Assembly: GCA_964187785.1 (NCBI GenBank)
Contig: OZ076409.1
Coordinates: forward strand, 76,944,001 to 77,008,000
DNA from: Amphiscolops sp. MND2022
Taxonomy: Eukaryota
DNA: 64,000 nt
Direction of reading: 5' to 3'
Positions 53,127 to 63,787 of this stretch are shown here, in pieces. Made by a program: the position numbers and the translations under genes. Position 1 is the first letter of the stretch; each line of letters begins with the position of its first letter. The notes under the pieces were generated by a model. That model saw nothing but the letters and a program-made list of their open reading frames with translations. It did not search any database and was not told the origin of the DNA.

Positions 53127-56100
53127 TTTTGCCACGACTCCAAATCTCTGACCAAATGTCGATACGACAATATGTCATATCTGACCCAGCTAACATCGCT
53201 TAAAGGCAATCACAAGAGAACATCACAGGGACCCCATCGACTGTCTGGCAGCAGCAGATGGTGGAAGCCTGTACTCAAACTCAATATATTATTCACAGTG
53301 ACCACCCATACCTATATCGACGTAATAACCTCACCAAAGACTTAGAAACCCAATTCCGACCCTTACAAACTGTCGAAGACTATAACCCCCAATACTACGA
53401 CCCCGAGTACGGCAAAGACCCGTACTGGGATGATGATTTATACGATAAACACAATTTACAATTTCGGAATGATGACTACCCGCCAACAGACGATGAGTAC
53501 GACCCTGACATTGTAGACACCATACTGTCCCGGGCACTTATCGAAACGTGGCAACCAAATTTTGATGCAATCAAAGATCAGCCACATACAGAAGAGACAC
53601 AGGCCATACCTGGCCTCCTCGACGAGACAGCCTTCATACATGTCCTTGTAACTAAAGAGGGAGAACCAGCGTACATACCATTATCCACAAACCTCGGACT
53701 CAAATACAAACAACGGATGCTATATTTCCCGATGGACTTTGGGGAACTAACCATAGACGGCCTCATAGACACTGGAGCTCACTCCAGCGCAATTCCGGAA
53801 GCAGACCTCAGGAAAATACGCCTATTGGCGCCCCAATCCATAGTCAAAGAGGGACCTGCCCCGACGTTCCAAAGTATGGTCGCAAACGGACAATTGGAAA
53901 CCACAAAGAGCACTGTTGAACTCAAGTTCGAAGTCGGAGATATCGAATTCCACGAAATATTTATAGTAATGGAAAAACTGACTGGCCCTATCATAGGATT
54001 AATGTTCCTCCAGAGGAATCATACAGTACTGGACATGCGACAAGGCATACTCAATTTCCCATATTTCTCGATGCAACTCAAAACGGCTGACCATAAATAC
54101 TCCAACGTACTGGAACCAATACTTAACCCAGACGACATCACAATACCACCCAATGACCGTACCTTAGTAGAGATCAAATCCCAAATCTACAATGAAAACA
54201 CGGTCACAGGTGTGTTGCAACCCAGTGATCTCCTCCATGAAGAAGGCGACATCACATTCTGTGCCGCAATAGTAACATTGACTAATGGAAACGTTAACGT
54301 TCATATCAACAATTTCACAGACCAACCGTACAAGCTTAAAAAGGGACTACACATAGCAAACTTTTCTGTACTAACACCGGAACAGATGAAACACGTCAAA
54401 CCAATTGACCCGGTGTCCACATGGCATCTCCTCAATGAAAATGAAGAGGATGCGATCTACTATGTCAGTAGTCTACTCAAGGCTAATCGGAACAATGACC
54501 AATATGAACAGTACTGGTTTCCTACGCCAGAAAACCCAGGGGACGAAGATTCCTATACTCCCATCCAACGACGAATTATTCAAGAATTACGAAACCTCCA
54601 AGAAGCTCAACAACTGAATCATCAGAATGATGATGAGTCACGCCGCAAATGCCTTGGCAATTTCGACTGGAAAAACTCCATGCTGCAACAACATGAAATC
54701 AAAAAGATCGAATCGCTTTTAGTCGAATACCATGACATATTCGCACGACACAGATTTGACATCGGAATGAATGAAGAATTCACGGTCAAACTGACCCCTA
54801 AGGACAATTCGCCTGCTTACAGCCAAAGTCTCCCAACTCCAGTCAATTTAAAAGAGGACATACTCGTCGAACTGGCCCTCTTACACAAATATGGCATAAT
54901 AACTACACTGCCATTTTCGAAATACGCCAGTCCCATATTCGCACAGAAAAAACCGAATGGGAAGCTAAGACTACTAGTCGACCTGAGGAAAATTAATAAC
55001 CTCATTTCGGATGACTATATAAACAACAATCATCCGGTTAGTACCCTAACGGACGCTGCACAACATATGGCAGGAAAGAAACTATTCTGTAAACTCGACT
55101 GTTCACAAGCATATCACTGCCTACCAATGGCGGATCAAAGGTCCGTTGAGATGCTTGCGTTCAACTTTGCAAGCCCCACCTTTGCGTATAGACGACTTGC
55201 CCAGGGCCTTAGCAGGGCATTATCAGCATTTTCAAGTTTTATTAGGGAATATCTCGACAAAGTTAGTTATCAAAGCTGATCAATGTGCCCAATATGTCGA
55301 CGACATTGGCATAGCCGCCAATGATGCGGATCATCTCATAAGAAATTTGAAAGCAACATTTGAGTGCATTAGGCATGCTGGCCTTAAACTGACAATGCAC
55401 AAATGCCACTTCGGGGCAACGGAAATCGATTTCTTGGGGAGAACAATTACTCCGGAGGGAGTCAAACCACAAAAGGAGCGAATAACCAACTTCCTAGAAA
55501 AAACCAAATTCCCCAAATCTAAAAAGGCTCTACAAAGATATCTTGGTTTCCTCAATTATTACAGGAACTATATCCCAAGATTATCTGAAAAATTAGCTCC
55601 TTTCTTTCAACTTCTCAAAAAAGACGAAAAAGTCCTGGTGACCACAGAACTAATACAACAGTTCAATGAAATCAATCGGGACCTCGACAAATGTAGCCAA
55701 TTGGCCCTGAAGCAACCCTTACCAAACAAGCAACTGGTCCTGATGACAGACGCTAGTTTCACAGCGGCCGGCTACGCCATACTTACCGAGGACGACCCAA
55801 ACCAGAAATATTCATCTGTCAAAAAATCATACGCTCCAATTGCATATGGCTCAAAAACGTTTACGCCATCGCAACTCAAAATGTCCATATACGCAAAGGA
55901 ATTCTTAGCAATTTACTACGCATTCAAAGAATTTGGACATATTTTCTGGGGAGCCCCTAAACCGATTACTATCCTAACGGACAACAAATCGGTCACGAGA
56001 TTCTTCCAGACGAAGATAATCCCTCCAACACTCTGGAATGCATGTGACTATGTAATACAATTCAACTTTGTCATAGCACATATACCAGGGAAAAACAACA

Positions 56101-58369
56101 CAGCAGCTGACTACTTATCTCGCATGGAAACGGACCCCAGAGAGAAACTAGTCCTTAAAATCCGAGAAGACATAGAGACTAAGCCCATCGAGGTCAATGT
56201 CCAATCGGCAGGCGTAGCTGAAGAGGAACAGGTCTTCTTCACGGAGCAAGATGATGAGACAGAAGCTCAAATTTGGGAGCGTAAAAAACAAAGCCGAACT
56301 AACCCAATCGACCAAGAAGGCGTAATTCAAATTGACGCAATATCTGAAAGTTTAGTAGATGAAATTACGAACTTTACCCAAAAAATGCGCAGAACGAATC
56401 AAATTTTACTTGAACAATCCGAAGACCCTATGCTGCGCCAACTCAAAGCCAAAGTTCAGAACGAAGACTATTCTGAAGAACTACTCCAGCAAGATATCCG
56501 ATACAAACACTACCTTAACAACTTGGACCGAATAGTCCTTAAAGACGAAACAGTCACACGACAATATTATGATGAAACTGGACAAGTCAAGTATCACCAG
56601 GTTCTCTTACCAAAACACCTTTTGACAGAATTGTTACAGGCCTTACACGGAACGGCGCACAAACACCCGGGCATATCGAAAATGTTACAAGAAATTCGAC
56701 AGAAATACTACTACCACGGTATAGCAAAACATGTTAAAAAATGGGTAGAAGGATGTGTAACTTGCGCAAAAGATAAAAGGGTTCCAAACAACACGATAAC
56801 ACCTGAATTGCTTAACTTGCCAGAATGGGACCTTGGCCCAGAGGACGCAATGCAAATTGATTTACTCCCAAACTTACCAACAAGCGGGGGTTACCAAACA
56901 GTGATGACAGCAATAGATGTCTTTTCAAGATATCTATTTGCCTACCCGCTAGTTGAGGCAACAGTCTCTAACACGGCAAAGGTCTTAATAGACATCATGA
57001 CAAAGCACTCATATTTGCCAACTACGATCATCATCGACAAAGGAACCGCTTTCACAGCAAAAATAATTGCAGAGATAACGCAAGTATTGGGAATAATCCT
57101 AAAATGTGCGACAACTAAACATCCACAAACAATTGGCAAACTCGAGAGAACTCACGCCTCATTGAAAACAAATTTGAAAATGGCCTCAGGGGAATATCGC
57201 CGTCAATGGCACAAATATTTGCCGCTAGCAGTGCTCAATTATAACACAACTTATCATTCCAGCATCGGTTGTGAACCGAGCAAGGTCTTTCACGGAAGAA
57301 TTCCCTATAACGTTCTTGATCATAAACTTGGAAATAACCCTAATAAGGATTTCCTCCCCACGACGGAATTTGCTGAAGAATTACAACAGAGAACGAAAGT
57401 TCTCATTGACAAAACGAAGCACAACATTATGCAGTCCTACTTGAAATATAAGGAGTACTATGACCGAAAAGCCAAAGCAGCTCCTCTCAGCGAACAAGAT
57501 TTTCGTTTTATCCTACAGCCTAAAGCAGATAATCAAGGATCAAAAATACCACTCAGAGAATATCGCTGGATCGGTCCCTATCGAATTGAAAAGGTATTAC
57601 CTAACCATAATTACATTGTCCGCCGGTTAAATACGAATAAAACACAGATATTACACCGAATCCGCCTGAAAAAATTTGTTCCTAACACGACTTTACAGGA
57701 CAAATATGCCAAAGAGAAATTGCAACCAGATGATGAAATAATCATACCACAAGATGATTTATACACCATCTCATGGGAAGCAGATTTTGACTACCATCTC
57801 TTTGAGCCGAGACGAGACGATAATACGGACGAAGAATCGCAAAAACCAGACAGCGATGCTGGTGTCACGACTAGTGATTACGTCATTTATGACAACGCTG
57901 ATGACAACGCGGTAAGGCCGAGGACGGCCACCAGCCGAGACGGCACAATCACACGAGACGCAAATGACGTCACCGAACTGAATGAACGAACCAAAAGGAA
58001 TGAAAATGAAGCGGGACCGAGTACGGCCGCTAGCCGAGACGCACCTATAATGCATGATGAACATGACGTTAGCGAGAATGCTGCGCGAGACGAACAAAGC
58101 AGCGAAATAGAAAGGCCGAGAACGGCCACTAGCCGAAATAGCCACAATGGTGGCAATACACCACCTAGTTCAGAAAAGAACGTGAATGACGTCACAAACG
58201 AATTAGAAGGCGAGAAAAACTCTCCTAACGAGGGGGATGATATTACCGTGCCCGGAATATCGAATGAAAAAGCAAATGAAAAAACTGACAAAAACTCTAG
58301 CCCTAGAGGGGGAAATACAACCTCCGACCTAACCCCAACCCCAACTATACTGACGAATACAGATACTAG
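53123..58369 (+). CDS. pol: Pol: aspartic protease, dUTPase-like segment, RT, RNase H, integrase with GPY motif and long tail; a few lesions (TAA near 53201, 4-nt duplication near 55262, G loss near 58310)
   Basis: LIDTGA; KLDCSQAY and QYVDD; TDAS...KEFLAI...TDNKS...ADYLSR; H..H..C..C; QIDL / IDKG / KLERT; WIGPYRI. Confidence 0.95.
57914..58140 (+). repeat. Three ~99-nt tandem repeats in the integrase tail
   Basis: RPRTATSRD, GPSTAASRD and RPRTATSRN at ~57914, 58013 and 58113. Confidence 0.7.
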
Positions 58370-58547
58370 TCAGAAATGTTAAATTATGTCCCTATTTATT
58401 TTATTGCCCGGGATGGCATGTTTTTTACTGGGACTACTCTGACTTCTTTGACTCAAAAGAAACTAACTATATAAATACTAAAACAAGAAACAGAACTGAA
58501 ATTTACAAATAGAAAAGTCTAAAATGGCGAATGTACACTATGTACAT

Positions 58548-61500
58548 TTAACTTTTAGAGCTTCCTTCTCGCAATTCTTGGACAGTCTTTGAGATCTCAC
58601 TAGCAGGAATGTCGCCAAAATAGGCCAATTTTTGAGCTTGCCCAGCAGCCCAATTTATCTTTCGCCCAGCAGAAGTTGAGACAGAGGACGAACGTGAAGC
58701 CGTGCTAACGCCAACCACAGGAGTTCCTTTCAAATTCTTGAAGGCAGCAGTAAGGGTCTTCAGGAAATTTGCCTGCCCAAAGACGTCGACGTGAACCCAA
58801 GGGTCTCCAGCAAGCTGTCCAGAACTAAATTGTCCCTCCAATTCTTTGTAGTTGGCTAGAGCGGTTTCAGTGGTACAAACGGAAATCGCACTTGGGCAAT
58901 TTGTCAAGTAGGATTGGGCGGGCAGTACTACGGCAGAAAGACGGCACCGGGAACTGGAGGTATCGACATCCTGGAATTTAACGGCAGGAAGGGTTTGATG
59001 TCCCTCAGTTATGCAAAGGCAGCACAACTGAAACAAGCGAAAAAGCCTAGCACGACTTCGGAACGCAGTAATTGGAATAAGGAGATGTAACACGTCAGCA
59101 ATAGTCCCTGGGGAAGACTTAATGGAAGGGTAAGATTTGCGGAAGTAATCCACAAACTCGAAATATTCATCCCGACAGTCATTACGGGAGGATTCGTCCA
59201 CCCAGCCGCGAAGTCGAAAGCTGTCATACAAAGCGTTGAAGCAAAAGGATACTTGCTCAAGAGGTAATGTTAACAACACATGGGGATCGAAGCTACCCAT
59301 ACCGCGGACAATATTCGCGGTGAAGTGAATATCCCGAAGCAAAGACTCCAACAGAGTGACTATATACGCCCGGGCTTCAGTCCCAAAGTTCTCCTTCTCC
59401 TTGGAGACCAACTCAGCCTGATTAGCGGGTACAGGGTTTGATCCCCTAGATTTCTCCAGTTTTGCTTGACAAACCAGATGAAGGTCACATGTGAGTTTGA
59501 GGCGATGCAAGAAATCACGGATTGATAATTGTCTCAGATCGTCAGGGCACAATTGCAAGAGACCATACCAGTCTGTATCGCTTGGGATACATTTGGGCAA
59601 GATGACGCGGTGGCACAACCGGCGGATGAATCTGCAATATTGGCTATAAACGAAGAGGGTTGCATCCCGCCGTCCAGAGAGACTTCGTTCAAAAAACTTG
59701 GCATCTAAACAAATTTAGAGTCAGATGCAAATCACCAGAATCTACCAAATCCCCCACCTCATCACAAATGTGGTTATGCTTAAGGCCGTGATCGGCACAT
59801 GAGCCGGTAGGTCAACTACACTGGCGGTTCAAATAAAAACAAAGAAAAAACTAACAATCGCGGACCAGCAAGGAGAGGAATTCAAGCTTGATGGTGAAGA
59901 AGTCATCTAGAATAATCTCCCATTCCAGGCTCTGAGGCTTAAAAGGAAATTTACCTCATAAGGATTACATCTTCCAAGATTACAGTGTGGTGTAGTTACC
60001 AATGCTGATCAGCTAGAAAACGGCTAATAGCTACCTTATTCTTAGCTCCTTGCATCTTCTGGGTTGGGGCTATACTGGTCAGGTAGTCCTTGATACCTTT
60101 CCAGCTTCTAACGAGCTCGGAACAAACGGCAGGGATCTTCTTAAGTTCCACATCACATGGCTGTTATGGCCTACGGAACACAATCAAATAAGGAGAACTG
60201 CTTTTTACTAGTGAAAGTGACCAGGAAAGAGTATCGACACCAGGTCACCAAGACAACGTCTAATGAAAAAATTATGTTGAAAAATAAAATCACCTTGCAA
60301 AGTTCAGGACTCTGTAGAGCCCAAGATTGACTGAGCCCGCCTCGGAGGTAGACAACTAGGAACTTCAGTTGGGAGAAAATGTCAATTCGACCAAAGATGT
60401 AACCAGTCTGCAGTGCTGTGGGGTGCATTAACTCGGGAAGGGAGAAAACCTCGAAGCGGAACGGGTACTGAATCCCGCGGTTGAACAGCCCACATGTCTC
60501 CAAAGCTCTGAAGACCATGGAAGAACACCCGGAAACACTGACAAGATTGGGCTTTGAGGACACAACTGACAGCAGACATGAGATAGCTGTTAAGTAACAG
60601 CCCGGATAAGGGTCAGCTTGATTGTGCCGATGAAGTTCAACCGGCACGAGTGAGTCATCTCTCCAGAAACGGACGGACATGCACCGGTAGATGCCCTCTG
60701 TCGTGAACTCAATCGAGTACATCTCAGTAGCCATGATGTGACTGGAGATATCTGCGAGACCTCTCATGAAAACGTGATGGAAGACGTTCTAAAACAAAAC
60801 ACAAATGTACAAAAGTGACGTCTTAGCCAGAGGCCACGTTGGGTCTTACTATTAATTCTATAGATGAAGATTCTACTTACAGTAAGAGTTGCAGGTCCCC
60901 AATCGAATGAGGAAAACAAGGCTTGGTGGTTGGTGAACATGCCCACTCGAGTCCATAAGTTTCGCAACAGGGAAATATTGTCATCTTGCGGTACGAAAGT
61001 CCCAATCAATGAGATTAGGGTACTGGTCCGAAGGTCATCAGGGCTGGTTAGTCCTCCAATACTAGCCATGTAGTCGTCGTAGAACGGGAAACGATCACCT
61101 GTCTCGATCAGGGGGGCATCAATGAATAATGGCTTTTCTTGTTCCAGCTCAATTGGAGTAAGGACGTAACCATCTTTCCCTCTGACATAGTGGGTAACAA
61201 CCCCAGTAACTTCATCAGCCTCTTGCAGATGGGTGAACCTCCATTTTTGATCTTTCCGGAGATGTCCTTCTGTCTTATAGTGTCTAAGGATCTCCCTGGC
61301 GCCCTTTGAGAAAATAGAGACATTAGTTTTACATAGCATGCAGTAAAACTTGAATTTATTGTGGACGGGATCAACGGGGCCAGATACGAAGGTACGGGTC
61401 CATTGGATGCCCTTAAAATAGGCATCTTTCATCACCTTCCCGGGTTTGCTGAGCAACTTGCGTTTTTTCCGGGCTGGGCTCCTGTCCTGAGTTTCTTGCT

Positions 61501-62593
61501 CGGGTAGCCGTCCAAGCGACGAGAGTGGCTGGTAATCAGCACTGCTATACACGCTTCCAGAGTTTGGCGTTGCAGTTTCTATCCGGGACGTGATGGTGGC
61601 GTGGACTTTCCGGGCCCTTGGAGTCAAAGACAAAGGATCAGATTCACTCAGGCAATCTGTGCCAGAACTGGACCCCAACTGGTAAGGATCTTCATCTGTA
61701 TTGAAGGCTCCACTAGTGTAACCATCTGACACGTGTCCTTCAAAGTTACTTTCATCTCCTGAACTGTCAGTGAATGGCCGTGCAGGAGTTGCACACCGTT
61801 TGGGCATAGGCCTTTTCTTATCCTAGGGAGCTCCTCGAGTAGCATGAAGCAACAAAGACTTCATCATGTGGTAGGACGAAAGTACAGATTCGTCGGAAAC
61901 AGTCCTCGGAACAGCGTGCATCTCATCTGCGGTAAGAGCGATGACTGGTTGATCTCTGGGTAGTTCAATGGGGCGAGTGTCCTGAAAATATTTCTTGATG
62001 ACTAGTTTGCCCTTCGCAGAAAGTTGTCTATCGGTGCCGTCTAATTTGGCTCGATACTGCTCCTGTTCAGAATCACTGTGCCCTGAGTCTTCATGGAATC
62101 CCTCTTCTAGATCAGGGAAAGTAGAAGAGTCCAAAATGACATTTGGAGCGACTGGTGGGTAGACGGCAACGCCAGAGCTGTCCATTAAATCTTCTACATC
62201 TGTGGTGTCGCCATATAGTCCTGGTACTTCCTCTGTAGATTCGGTTTCCTTGTTACTGCCGGCCCCTGTCTCAATGTTTGTCAGATCATTCCTCACAGTA
62301 ATGGGCTCCGACACAGAGGCTTTCAGAAAGGGGATGCTGACAGTGACCATCCGGGCAGTAACGCCTTGCCGACTTTGCAGTGGATCTATGATCTCAGCCT
62401 CGGGTTGAGACATTACGTCAATAGTCCTTTCAATAAATGCGGTCACACTTTCTTCAGTAGACCTGCTGCCTTCGGACACTTGGGGAGAAGGCCTGACAAG
62501 GCCTGGTAACTCAACGGTCTCTGGAGTCTCAGTTTCATCGTTCCCGACAACTGGAGCGGTAGTGGGTTCTGGCGAATTTTCCTCTGTTGTCAT
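58548..62593 (-). CDS. Antisense accessory gene of element B: ~1190-aa BED-zinc-finger, hAT-transposase-like protein; exons 62593-60881, 60788-60294, 60170-60035, 59937-59856, 59704-58548
   Basis: Four GT..AG introns (92, 123, 97 and 151 nt) with compatible phases; zinc finger FYCMLCKTNVSIFSKGAREILRHYKTEGH. One in-frame TAG (61823-61825) and a probable 1-nt insertion at the start of exon 3. Confidence 0.8.
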
Positions 62594-63787
62594 ACCTAAA
62601 TGAAAAGAGATAATTCGATGCGGACAACTTCCTGAATATGAGTCCATCCAAACCGCAGTAAAATCTTCCGGAAGTGAAAAGGAATAAAACATGACGTCTA
62701 AATTGCATTGACGAAAATGGACAGGAAGTGCATGAACGAGATGAAAAGCCTTGATCAAGCTTATTTCCGTTCAAAAATTAAAAGACCAGATAGCTTACCT
62801 GCAGTTGTTGGCCAATTGGGAGCTGAAGGAGTATGACGTGAAGATCGTTGACGTATTGAAATTGTACTGCAATCCAGGCTAGAAAATCCTGAGGAACCGA
62901 ATGTCCTGATCGGGCAAATCTTTGGCAGTGAAGAGGGAGGAGTAGGTCTTGATAACGACGAAAAGGGAGATCTGGACGAGTCCGGCAACTGGACAACGAT
63001 CCTGAACGAGGGGATGAGAGGCAGTATGAAATTCACAGAAGTGCTGTGGGGTAACGGAAGAAGTATAATATTCAAACAATGACTCTGTACTAAATAAACA
63101 ATGGATAAATACGAATATGGAAAAGTAACGATTAATGAATTGGAAGAAGACGAAATTGATTGCAAGAGCAAAGTTGGAGTTCGTGGCAAACTGGATTTGA
63201 TGTCAAATATTTTTACAATTATGAGAATTATTTTGTGGATGGAATCTGCCAGAGAAATCCACATTAGTTATATTTCGAAACATGCATTTTCATTATTTTA
63301 TTACCTTAGTTATTTCATTATTTTTAGTTATTTTATTATTTCCTTATTTGGATTATTATTTTTAATTCCGCCATATTGAAAAGCGGACTGAGTGGGCGAT
63401 TCCCATTGGCTGTCGCGGCGATGCGCTGCGCGTGGCCTTAAAACTTCATCACCCTCTCTTGAAATTCTCAAGTGGATATCAAGTGGAGATAAACACTAGG
63501 CGAAGTCCTTGAAGGTTCTTTGCCGACTTAGGCAAGCTGAAGTTGATCGTCGGTCAACAAAGCAGAAGGCGGTCTATATCAAAGAACATCTTGGAAAGTT
63601 TAGTCAGCGAAACATGATGCGGGAAACGAAAGACCGGGAAAATGTGAAGCAAAACCATCGAGAAATTGAGAAATGAAAATCGCCATTTGCTTCCTAACTT
63701 TCAAACTAAACAGCTGCTCTACTCAAACCAAATTAAAATTGTCCTATTGCATTCAAAATTGCAAAAAAGATAATAAAAGATAGATTT
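62594..63787. promoter_or_regulatory. Putative internal bidirectional promoter between the two accessory genes
   Basis: Motifs conserved with A 31602-32971: CTTCCGGAAG, ACAGGAAGT, CTTGATCAAG and ATTGGC (CCAAT box). Confidence 0.55.

Noticed and set aside
58548..62593. Interpretation as an env gene or as a nested autonomous hAT transposon
   Set aside because: Wrong strand for env, with no signal peptide, furin site or TM helix. No TIRs or 8-bp TSD seen, and the position is shared by two diverged elements.
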